Shown here: piece after piece, positions 18,340 through 26,294 of the stretch
Layout of the letters: every line of letters begins with the position of its first letter
Position numbering within the stretch: the stretch's first letter is position 1
Origin: Aquificaceae bacterium
GTDB lineage: Bacteria; Aquificota; Aquificia; Aquificales; Aquificaceae
Length of the DNA stretch: 26,294 nucleotides
Assembly: GCA_039630345.1 (NCBI GenBank)
Contig: JBCNVD010000033.1
Span: 1-26,294 of the forward strand
Direction of reading: 5' to 3'
The notes under the pieces: model-generated
The model's input: only the letters and a program-made list of their open reading frames with translations
Databases searched by the model: none
Told to the model about the DNA's origin: nothing
Program-made: the position numbers and the translations under genes

Positions 18340-21300
18340 ATGAAAAAGCTATTTGCATTGGCATTGGCTATTGCCCTTTTATTAATCTTATCCCCGCCAA
18401 AGCATGTTAACTCTCAGGCACTTCCCAGAATGAACGATTATTGCTATGTCCCTCCTTATGTTGGCTCTGCCATCCCGCCTATTGTTATGCTGGTTATGGG
18501 CAGAGACCACAAGCTCCACTACGAAGCCTACAATGAATCCTCTGATGTCAACGAAGATGGCAAAATAGAAATAACCTACGACCACTCTATTGATTACTAC
18601 GGCTACTTTGACCCTTGCAAATGCTATGTTTATAACCAAGGCCAGGAGCGCTTTAACCCTGTTAGAAAAGTAGATAACTGCACTGACAACACCCGCAATA
18701 ACTTCCGCCGCTGCGGAGGTTCTAACGAGTGGAGCGGAAACTTCCTAAACTGGCTCTCGATGTCCAGAGCCGATATTATGCGCAAAGTCCTCTACGGCGG
18801 CTTTCGCAGAATTGATAGAGTTGATTTAACAGTCCTTGAAGCAACCTTTACCCCACAGGACGCCCATAGCTGGGGCAAACAGGTCACAGGCTCTCTTACC
18901 TACCGCGACTCAAACGGTGCAAACAAAACGGTCTCAATCCGTGACCTTACTCCTTTTAACCCGCCTTCTTCTGGTAACAGACACCTTTTCTGTATGACCT
19001 CGATATCCCTTAGCCAGGACGCCCCCCGCCTCATAAGGGTTTTAGAAAATAGAAGCGAAGACATAGAAGTCTGGGCATCAAAAGAAGGCACCGTTTGTCA
19101 AAATCAGTTTGCAAATGGCGTCAACATATCCCCAACGAACTACATAGTCCGGGTAAGAGTTTGCGACCCTCAATTTCCAGAGCTTAACTGCAAGCGCTAC
19201 CCTGGTTCAGACCCAGTAAATACAAACGACGACTCTTTAAAGCCCATAGGCCTTCTTCAGCGCTACGGTGAAGGTGATGGCACTCGCTGGTGCTCTCGCT
19301 CTCTAAGGCCCTGCACCAACGATGCTCAATGTGCCCCCAATGGTGGCTCTTGCATCCCAAGAGCTCCCATGTATTTTGGTCTTTTAACAGGTAGCTACAC
19401 TAACAACACTCAGGGCGGAGTCCTCCGCAAAAACATCTCCTCCATCACCAACGAGATAAACCCCTCAACAGGTCAATATAAGCAGGGCCAAGGCAACGCC
19501 ACTGATCCCCATATAACCCAGGGCATTATCTACACTCTCGATACTATCAAAATAGTCGGTTATCAATGGGGTAGCTATAAACCCGGTTGGGATGGTGCTT
19601 GGAAAACGAGCGGTCCTATGAATAACGGCGAGTTTCCCGACTGGGGCAACCCCGTTGGCGAGATGATGTACGAAGCCATTCGCTATCTTGCAGGCAAAAC
19701 CTCCCCAACTTCAGACTTTAACTATACCACCGCAGATGATGGAGACCCAAACAAGCGCCAGTTCCCTATGCCTTTGCCAAGAGCTAGCTGGTCGCCTCCA
19801 TATAACACCTTCCCCATATGCTCAAGACCTTTCATGATAGTAATCAGCGATATAAACAACAGCTATGACTTTGACCTCATCTCCCGTGGCACAGACCTCT
19901 CTAGCTTTAACCTCTCAAACCTTATGAGCACTATCTCAACTGCCGAGAACATCTCAGGTAGCTACTTCATAGGTCACAACGGCTCCTCAACAGACTTTCT
20001 CTGCTCTGCCAAATCTGTCTCCTCTCTTGGTTCTATCAGAGGTCTATGTCCCGAAGAGCCAACCAAGCAAGGTAGCTACACCCCTGCAGGTGTCGCCTAC
20101 TATGGAAAAGTAGGCTTTAGAGATAACTTCGGCGCTCAAAAACCCCCCGCCATTGAAACCTTCTCTATAGCTCTCGCTTCCCCACTTCCAGACCTTAATT
20201 TCAAAATTGGTAGCAGGTCAGTTCGCATAAACCCCATCGCAGTTAGCCCAAGTGGGTGTCTCAGTCTTTACCAGAATTGCTTCCAGAGATGCTCAGTTAG
20301 CTGGAATAGCACCCTTAACCGCCTTGAAATCTCTAATTGTTCTTCAAATGCCTTCTGCCCAACCAATCAGATAGTTGATTACTATGTAAACCAGGTTGAG
20401 TATAACCCTGACGGCTCATTAAGAAGAATCGTCTTTAAGATAAACTACGAAGATGTCGAGCAAGCCGCAGACCACGACCTTGACGCGATTGCTGTTTATG
20501 AAATAAGCGCTGACTCCGCTAACAACACAATCAGAATAAAAATAGACTCAACCAGGGCTTCAGGATGCATCGACCAGGTTATGGGCTTTACCATCTCAGG
20601 CACTACTGAGGACGGCGTTTGGTTAGTAGTTAGGGACACAGATTCCAGCACTGACTCTGATACTCCTGCCGCTGTTGGTAACATGCCTCTTAGCTGGTCA
20701 AGAACCTTTACTCTCTCTAGTAATGCCGCAGCTTCGCACCTTAAACCTCCGCTATGGTACGCGGCAAAGTGGGGCGGCTTTGATGATGCAAATAACAACA
20801 ACCGCCCTGACCTTCAGGGAGAGTGGGATAAAGACAACGACGGAAACCCCGACAACTATTTCTTTGTCTCAAACCCAGCAAAACTAGAGTCTCAACTCGA
20901 AGAAGCTCTATTTTCTATTCTCAAGCGCGCATCTTCGGGTTCAACGGTTGCCACTTTGTCTTCCCGCTATCAAACATCCGCAATAATGCTCCAGCCTTCT
21001 TTCTATCCAGAATACACAACCCGCGAAGGCAAAAGCCTTATCTGGCTTGGCACTTTCAGGGCTTACTGGGTAGATAACAGGCAAAACTTCCGCGAAGACC
21101 GCACCAACAACACGACTGTCAGACAACCGGACTTTAAAATGACCATCGAACGCCCGGACCCTTCGGCTTTGCTTGACAGGGTCTTTAGCTTCTTCTTCAC
21201 CCAGGACCGTGAGGTAAGAGTGGCCCTCTTTTCGGACTTTGAGCAGTGCTCTGTAGAAGAAATTGAAGTTCCCACAAATGTCGTCCCGGCTTTGAGATTT

Positions 21301-23580
21301 GATTGCAAGCTCGCCTCTTATAATGAATGGACAGACTTCAATAACGGCTCGGGAAGTTTCTTGCGTAAAATCCTCTATCACAAGGATGGCTCTTCAGTAA
21401 ACGAAGGTCTGGAAGATTTCCACATCAATAATGCAAATAGAATCAAAGACTTCTGGACCTTGATAGACCCTACCACCTTTAATGCAGTTGCTTCTTGGTT
21501 GCCTGGCACAAGACACCTTAACGCAGAGTGCGTAATTGCTTATATCCGCGGTGAACCTGACTTTACCTGGCGTTGCAACGATTATGTTATGAGAAAAAGA
21601 GTCCTTGACCTAAGTCAAATTTGCCCCGGATATCCACTAAACTCTCTGGGCACATGGAGAATCGGTCCAATAGTTAATTCCACCCCTGCAATCTCTGCTA
21701 ACACTGCTCTTAATATGAAATACATCACTGCCTATGATGACAGCACATACAGAGACCTCGTAAACGCAAGCAACTATAGAAACCGTCGCTCTATTGCCTA
21801 TGTTGGTTCAAACATCGGTATGGTTCACTTCTTCCGCGTAGGACATATTCGCGAAACCGGTAGCTCCCACTATCCTGTCGAGATAGTTAACTCCCCAACA
21901 GACCTAGGTAATAACCTGATAGAGGGTGAAGAGCTCGCTTTCATGCCAAGAAATGCAATTCCATACCTCGCATGGTATGGGCGTGAAGATTACTGCTCTG
22001 CAAACAGAGGTTATATACCAACGATTGACCAAAGAGTTGAAGTCTTTGATGCCTCCTTTGGACCAAGTGGTACTGCAACATCGAATAAAACTACCTCAAG
22101 CTGGAATACTTACCTCATTGGCTCTATGGGTTTTGGCGGAAAAGCTATAGGAAACTACTCCTCTTCTCTCTTTCTCCTTAGGCTAACCCCTTATCTCAAT
22201 AACCCAAACACATCTCCTCCTTTTGGTAACTCTGCTGCAAATGTCCCTAACCCTCCAGAGCTTATGTGGGAAGTCAAGCTAGATAACGGTGCTTTAACCA
22301 CTTCTTATCCGATAAGGGTTCGCCAATGCCCCCGCTCGGGCACAGCTTGCAGGAGTGACCAGGCTCAGCTCGAAGGTCACTGGTTTATCCTAACCGGCTC
22401 TGGCCCAACTGACCCAACCGCAGATGATTTTGGCGAATACCTGCCCAATCCAAAGCTTTATATAATAAACGCCAGGAACGGGCAAGTCCGCAGAGTAAAC
22501 CTGGATTCTCTTCTCCCTCCTAACACCCGCGCAGCTGTTGGCGATATAGTTGTACTTGACCTCAATAACGACTATAACGACGATGTTATTTACTTTGGCA
22601 TGTATGGTTATACCTGCTCTGTGGCTGCCGTTGGCAATATTTGCCCGGGCACTCTAAGGTCCTGGGGAGGGCTCTATAGAATTGTTCTTGACGAAACTCT
22701 TAGTTCTATCAATCCAGGTGACATAACTCAGGTTTTTGACCTCAGTTCTTTTGCTCAGAATAACAACATCCCGCCAGTGTTTGGCTCGCCAACCGCAACA
22801 CTTGACGAAGATGGCAACCTCTGGGTTTACTTCAACACCGGCATATTCCTAAGCCCTAACCACGCTTCCTTTAACTACACTAACTATCTTGTTGGATTTA
22901 AAGACAAATGCTGGAAAAAATCTGATTCTAAATTTGATCAGTGCAACAACACTCATATAAGCACCAAAAATGACCTGGTTGACTCTACTGCGAGCTCTCA
23001 GTTTAACGACTCTAACTTATGGATTCAGTGCTCTAATGATGTTTTGAATATAACAGGCGTGCAAACGCGCAATGTATGCATCTGCAACGAATCAGGGTGT
23101 GCGCGTCAACCGATTATTGTCTCCACAACCGGTCCTGCAGACCCCAAGCAGTGCAAAGTATCGGACCAGAAGAGTGGTTGGTTCTATCCTCTACCTTCTG
23201 GACATATAGCTTATTCAAAACCTCTGGTTTCTTTTGGTATAGTTCTAAGCGCTCACTTCAAACCATCTGACAATGTGTGTTTGCCAATTGGCGAGACCTT
23301 TACCACCTCTTTGCATTATCACAATGGCTTGCCACCGCGCCGTCCTCCTCTATTAATGCCCGGAAATGTAAACACCAACTCTTCCGGCAACCCAACCACG
23401 CTTGCACATAGCATCCGTATAGGCTTTGGTGCACCCCCAATTGGTGAGGTTTTCAGATTCATAAGAACAGAAAGCGGAGAGGGTCGCCTGATTGGTCAGG
23501 TCAGCACAGGAGCGGTCTTCAACATCCGTCAACAGCTTGATGCTCATGTCGGGAGGTTCGTGCTATGGATAGAAAAATAA
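18340..23580 (+). CDS. pilY1: Type IV pilus tip adhesin PilY1/PilC family (1746 aa)
   Basis: Sec signal peptide and SD AAGGAGG. N-terminal 'PPIVMLVMGRDHKL..EAYN', 'YYGYFDP.KCY', 'WSGNFLNW'. C-terminal beta-propeller hallmarks 'IGPIVNSTP', 'YVGSNIGMVHFF', 'ELAFMP', Ca loop 'DLNNDYNDDVIYFG', 'GWFYPL'. Followed by minor pilins. Confidence 0.9.
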   Translation: MKKLFALALAIALLLILSPPKHVNSQALPRMNDYCYVPPYVGSAIPPIVMLVMGRDHKLHYEAYNESSDVNEDGKIEITYDHSIDYYGYFDPCKCYVYNQGQERFNPVRKVDNCTDNTRNNFRRCGGSNEWSGNFLNWLSMSRADIMRKVLYGGFRRIDRVDLTVLEATFTPQDAHSWGKQVTGSLTYRDSNGANKTVSIRDLTPFNPPSSGNRHLFCMTSISLSQDAPRLIRVLENRSEDIEVWASKEGTVCQNQFANGVNISPTNYIVRVRVCDPQFPELNCKRYPGSDPVNTNDDSLKPIGLLQRYGEGDGTRWCSRSLRPCTNDAQCAPNGGSCIPRAPMYFGLLTGSYTNNTQGGVLRKNISSITNEINPSTGQYKQGQGNATDPHITQGIIYTLDTIKIVGYQWGSYKPGWDGAWKTSGPMNNGEFPDWGNPVGEMMYEAIRYLAGKTSPTSDFNYTTADDGDPNKRQFPMPLPRASWSPPYNTFPICSRPFMIVISDINNSYDFDLISRGTDLSSFNLSNLMSTISTAENISGSYFIGHNGSSTDFLCSAKSVSSLGSIRGLCPEEPTKQGSYTPAGVAYYGKVGFRDNFGAQKPPAIETFSIALASPLPDLNFKIGSRSVRINPIAVSPSGCLSLYQNCFQRCSVSWNSTLNRLEISNCSSNAFCPTNQIVDYYVNQVEYNPDGSLRRIVFKINYEDVEQAADHDLDAIAVYEISADSANNTIRIKIDSTRASGCIDQVMGFTISGTTEDGVWLVVRDTDSSTDSDTPAAVGNMPLSWSRTFTLSSNAAASHLKPPLWYAAKWGGFDDANNNNRPDLQGEWDKDNDGNPDNYFFVSNPAKLESQLEEALFSILKRASSGSTVATLSSRYQTSAIMLQPSFYPEYTTREGKSLIWLGTFRAYWVDNRQNFREDRTNNTTVRQPDFKMTIERPDPSALLDRVFSFFFTQDREVRVALFSDFEQCSVEEIEVPTNVVPALRFDCKLASYNEWTDFNNGSGSFLRKILYHKDGSSVNEGLEDFHINNANRIKDFWTLIDPTTFNAVASWLPGTRHLNAECVIAYIRGEPDFTWRCNDYVMRKRVLDLSQICPGYPLNSLGTWRIGPIVNSTPAISANTALNMKYITAYDDSTYRDLVNASNYRNRRSIAYVGSNIGMVHFFRVGHIRETGSSHYPVEIVNSPTDLGNNLIEGEELAFMPRNAIPYLAWYGREDYCSANRGYIPTIDQRVEVFDASFGPSGTATSNKTTSSWNTYLIGSMGFGGKAIGNYSSSLFLLRLTPYLNNPNTSPPFGNSAANVPNPPELMWEVKLDNGALTTSYPIRVRQCPRSGTACRSDQAQLEGHWFILTGSGPTDPTADDFGEYLPNPKLYIINARNGQVRRVNLDSLLPPNTRAAVGDIVVLDLNNDYNDDVIYFGMYGYTCSVAAVGNICPGTLRSWGGLYRIVLDETLSSINPGDITQVFDLSSFAQNNNIPPVFGSPTATLDEDGNLWVYFNTGIFLSPNHASFNYTNYLVGFKDKCWKKSDSKFDQCNNTHISTKNDLVDSTASSQFNDSNLWIQCSNDVLNITGVQTRNVCICNESGCARQPIIVSTTGPADPKQCKVSDQKSGWFYPLPSGHIAYSKPLVSFGIVLSAHFKPSDNVCLPIGETFTTSLHYHNGLPPRRPPLLMPGNVNTNSSGNPTTLAHSIRIGFGAPPIGEVFRFIRTESGEGRLIGQVSTGAVFNIRQQLDAHVGRFVLWIEK

Positions 23581-24065
23581 AGGGCTTTACCATGGTTGAG
23601 CTAGTTGTAGTAATAGCCATCATCGCCGTGCTTGCGGGTATGGCTGTAGGATGGCTACTTCGTCAGATAAATCAGGTGCGTTTAAGAAACACAGCGGATG
23701 CTTTCATAGGACTTCTTGAGGAAGCGCGAAGGATGTCCTCCTCGCGCCCCAGACAGTTTTGTGTAACTTACAATCAGAGTTCTCAGGCTATAGAAATGCG
23801 AGAGGGGGAAAATTGCAGCTGCAGTCAGATAGTAAAAACTGTACCAATACCTGAAGGAATAATAATTAGCGCAAGCTCGTCAAACGATTTGCCACTTGTT
23901 TACGACAGGATGGGCTATCCTCGCTCGCAAGGTAACAATCAGTGTGGTGGTCTTAACCCAACTACTATTACTATCAGATACGACGGGAGTTCTCCCCTCT
24001 ACCCGAGAGAGGAAGTTAGGGTTGTCATATCTGCAAACGGGCGCTTAAAAGTTGAAATCAATTAG
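23565..24065 (+). CDS. Minor pilin, FimT/FimU (GspH-like)
   Basis: Class III signal 'KG|FTMVELVVVIAIIAVLAG', 'LEEARR', 'YDRMGYP', C-terminal 'VVISANGRLK'. SD GGGAGG. Confidence 0.85.
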   Translation: MDRKIKGFTMVELVVVIAIIAVLAGMAVGWLLRQINQVRLRNTADAFIGLLEEARRMSSSRPRQFCVTYNQSSQAIEMREGENCSCSQIVKTVPIPEGIIISASSSNDLPLVYDRMGYPRSQGNNQCGGLNPTTITIRYDGSSPLYPREEVRVVISANGRLKVEIN

Positions 24066-24075
24066 GAGGTGCTCC

Positions 24076-25200
24076 ATGAAAAGAGGTTTTACACTGCTTG
24101 AGCTCCTGATAGCAACGGTAATAATTCTTTTGCTTGGGATTGGTCTCGCCCGAGGCATTCTTGAGATGATTCAGGTGAATATGAAAATTCAGGCGCGTCA
24201 GCGCGCTATTGAAGTAGTCCAGAGCTGGGCTTCTTACATAGAGTCTTTGCCGTTTGATTCCTGGATAATTAACCCGAGAATGGGTGACCCCAATGACCCG
24301 CCTGGCATTGGCTCTAATGCACTTTATTGCTTTGATTGTGCCTTTAACAGAGCTTTTTGCGACACTGAGAGAAAGCAGTGGAACAACCCAACCGCAGGAG
24401 GTACCCCGGTTTGCACAGGCGGTGGGACACCCTCTTGCCCTAATCTGTCTTGTGGGTCTGGACATGCAATATGTCCAACCGGAGGAATGCCCTTTTGCGA
24501 TGGGACTACTCCCAAGTGCATACTCTATCCAAATTGCACAAATGCTAATGATCCAAACTGCACTTACTGTAACTTTATGGCACCTGGATTTAGAACCCCT
24601 TGGGGTCCGACGCACATATTTGATACTGACGAAGATAACATAGTTGCACTCTTAGACCCTTATCACGGACCGAATGATTGCAGGAATGCTGCTGTTAATT
24701 GCACCCTTGATGAAAATAGGAAATATAGAAATGCTTCTCATAGTCTTGCGGGACATTTAAGAATTAAACCTGTTTGGGGGGGTCCTGGCACAAACAACTG
24801 CGCTTGCAGGCTTGGGAATTGCGACTCATCTGCTCAAACTGGTACCCAGTGGGGAAGTGACGACACTGGCGCAAGACCAGATGAAGTTCACCTACCTTGC
24901 TATAGTAGTTCTGACCCAAGCACTGCAAATAACTCCTGCAACTATGAGATAAACCCCAATAGACTTGGAAACATGCGATGCACATATCAAATCTTTCGCA
25001 CAGAGCCCCAGGGTCAGGTAGGGAGAGGTCAAGGCTCTTACTCAAATATTTATGTAGGTCTAACGGTTATCAATTACTTTAACCCGAATAACCCAATAAC
25101 CCCCGCGGGCAAAGCAATCGGAATAATTGCATGGTATTTTGACCCTGTAGATAGGTCATACAGGTCTGCAAACACCATTGTATTCAAGGAGGCGCCATGA
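24076..25200 (+). CDS. Minor pilin in the PilV position with a large Cys-rich insertion (374 aa)
   Basis: Class III signal 'RG|FTLLELLIA', helix ending 'YIESLPFD', and a terminal PilV-like hairpin 'KAIGIIAWY...SANTIV'. Start at ATG 24076 behind SD AGGAGG. Confidence 0.8.
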   Translation: MKRGFTLLELLIATVIILLLGIGLARGILEMIQVNMKIQARQRAIEVVQSWASYIESLPFDSWIINPRMGDPNDPPGIGSNALYCFDCAFNRAFCDTERKQWNNPTAGGTPVCTGGGTPSCPNLSCGSGHAICPTGGMPFCDGTTPKCILYPNCTNANDPNCTYCNFMAPGFRTPWGPTHIFDTDEDNIVALLDPYHGPNDCRNAAVNCTLDENRKYRNASHSLAGHLRIKPVWGGPGTNNCACRLGNCDSSAQTGTQWGSDDTGARPDEVHLPCYSSSDPSTANNSCNYEINPNRLGNMRCTYQIFRTEPQGQVGRGQGSYSNIYVGLTVINYFNPNNPITPAGKAIGIIAWYFDPVDRSYRSANTIVFKEAP

Positions 25201-26141
25201 TGAAAAGAGGTTTGACCCTTATAGAGCTTTTGGTGGTTATGGTTATAACGCTCATTTTAGGCGCAGGGCTTGTGACGCTTTTTAGAAGTGTTGCACAAAA
25301 TAGAGCAGAGCAGGCAAGCTCTTTAAAGAACGAGGCCCAGCTTAATTTTGTGCTTGATAATATGGTTCGTCTAATGACCAGCGCTGGATTTGGAATAGAT
25401 TCGTCAAAAATGCGTTTTAAGAGCAATGAAGATGATGCAAATGGGGTTATTTTCATAAGCAGTAACGGTCGCACTCTCGTGTTTAACACCTTAGCTTCAA
25501 CTGCTCAAAATAGAGCTGGTTGCTGGGGAGTTCAGGTAAGGGGAGGTTCTCCTACTGTAAAACCGGTTAACGATGATGTTCCGCCTCGTTCTTCCACTAC
25601 CTATCAGGAATGTCAAAACAGCGATATAAGCTCTGGGGTTCGCCTTGGAATTCTTACTAAAAGCCCAAACTGCGTCAATAATTGTTTGGTTTTTCATGTT
25701 CCTGAAGAAATAAGGCCTGTTGAGATAACCTTGGGTGGTGGCTCGCAACCACGAGGTTGTCTGAATGGCACTTTGAGTCTTCAGATGGGTGGCAGAGGTG
25801 CTGGTCTTCAACCGGTTTTAAATTGCGTGGGCCATCTCAGGTTTAGGTACTTAATCCGTGACAACAACAACGAGATTGTCCCCGCGGATGCTCCGCCCAA
25901 CTTTGGTTTTGGAAATCTCGCAGGTGTGAGAGTTTGCATGATGGTTCAACTCTCTGAAAGTCCCGGCTCAAGAGCCGAATCTATAGAGCCTGAATATTCA
26001 CAGCGTTGTGGCGGTGGCAGGCTATCACAGCTAAACACCGCACTTAATAACCCTATTGGTGGAAGACCCGCCTGGACCTGGCGTAAGTGGAAGGTGGTTG
26101 AATTTGATGTAGTTATGCCAAATCTCTTTGTGGTAAACTAA
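25197..26141 (+). CDS. Minor pilin, PilW-like
   Basis: 'RG|LTLIELLVVMVI', 'LMTSAGFG' (PilW AGY/F motif), 'VGHLRFRY', 'VRVCMMV'. SD AAGGAGG. Confidence 0.82.
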   Translation: MMKRGLTLIELLVVMVITLILGAGLVTLFRSVAQNRAEQASSLKNEAQLNFVLDNMVRLMTSAGFGIDSSKMRFKSNEDDANGVIFISSNGRTLVFNTLASTAQNRAGCWGVQVRGGSPTVKPVNDDVPPRSSTTYQECQNSDISSGVRLGILTKSPNCVNNCLVFHVPEEIRPVEITLGGGSQPRGCLNGTLSLQMGGRGAGLQPVLNCVGHLRFRYLIRDNNNEIVPADAPPNFGFGNLAGVRVCMMVQLSESPGSRAESIEPEYSQRCGGGRLSQLNTALNNPIGGRPAWTWRKWKVVEFDVVMPNLFVVN

Positions 26142-26154
26142 TGGAGGTTTAGAA

Positions 26155-26294
26155 ATGAAAAGAGGTATTGCGCTATTTAACGCAATGGTTATGGCGGTTA
26201 TAGTATCTTTAACCATAGCAGGGCTTTACTATCTTTTTATGAGAGTATTTCGCTCCACTGAGGAGCTAAGGGTTTATACAAGCATAAGAGAGGC
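26155..26294 (+). CDS. Minor pilin, PilX-like (3'-truncated by window; not in the ORF track)
   Basis: SD GGAGG then MKRG|IALFNAMVMAVIVSLTIAGLYYLF... The prepilin cleavage site lacks Glu5, as expected for PilX/GspK. The frame is open to the window end. Confidence 0.8.
   Translation, partial: MKRGIALFNAMVMAVIVSLTIAGLYYLFMRVFRSTEELRVYTSIRE

Noticed and set aside
23475..23483. CGGAGAGGG, identical to the tRNA-Ser 3' end (15975-15983), as a possible att site bounding an island
   Set aside because: Only 9 bp, which is plausible by chance in 26 kb. It lies on the 5' side of the tRNA rather than downstream, sits inside pilY1 coding sequence, and there is no integrase. The enclosed genes include core kdsA and purF.
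24076..25200. Cys-rich pilin as a c-type cytochrome or nanowire component
   Set aside because: No CxxCH heme-attachment motif in this or the neighbouring pilus proteins.

Overview
Gene-dense chromosomal segment from a probable Aquificota (Aquificaceae-like) thermophile. The lineage call is inferred from the Aquifex-like KdsA, PpsA and ScpA sequences. Bases 1-15973 form one uninterrupted + strand run: secF (5'-truncated), a TM-TPR (YfgM-like) gene, glyS, ppsA, a type IV pilus alignment/secretin cluster (pilM-pilN-pilO-mini pilP-pilQ), an RDD-like membrane protein, nadA, ispG, accD, scpA, hisIE and a long-form nfeD. Next come a - strand tRNA-Ser(GGA), kdsA, a convergent purF, and a type IV pilus tip cluster (1746-aa pilY1, fimT/fimU-like, pilV-like, pilW-like, pilX-like truncated at the window end). 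I found no mobile element or CRISPR array. The most unusual part is the pilus system. The PilV-position pilin is 374 aa and carries an inserted 20-Cys domain with internal repeats. The tip proteins hold about 70 Cys in total. PilP is miniature and lacks a lipid anchor, while PilO and PilQ carry Gln/Pro-rich insertions. An uncharacterised membrane gene is translationally coupled to pilQ. Non-coding oddities are a palindromic bidirectional -10 element plus a strong hairpin between the tRNA and kdsA, recurrent -10-like hexamers directly before SD-less housekeeping genes, and a local C-rich + strand domain of about 8 kb.
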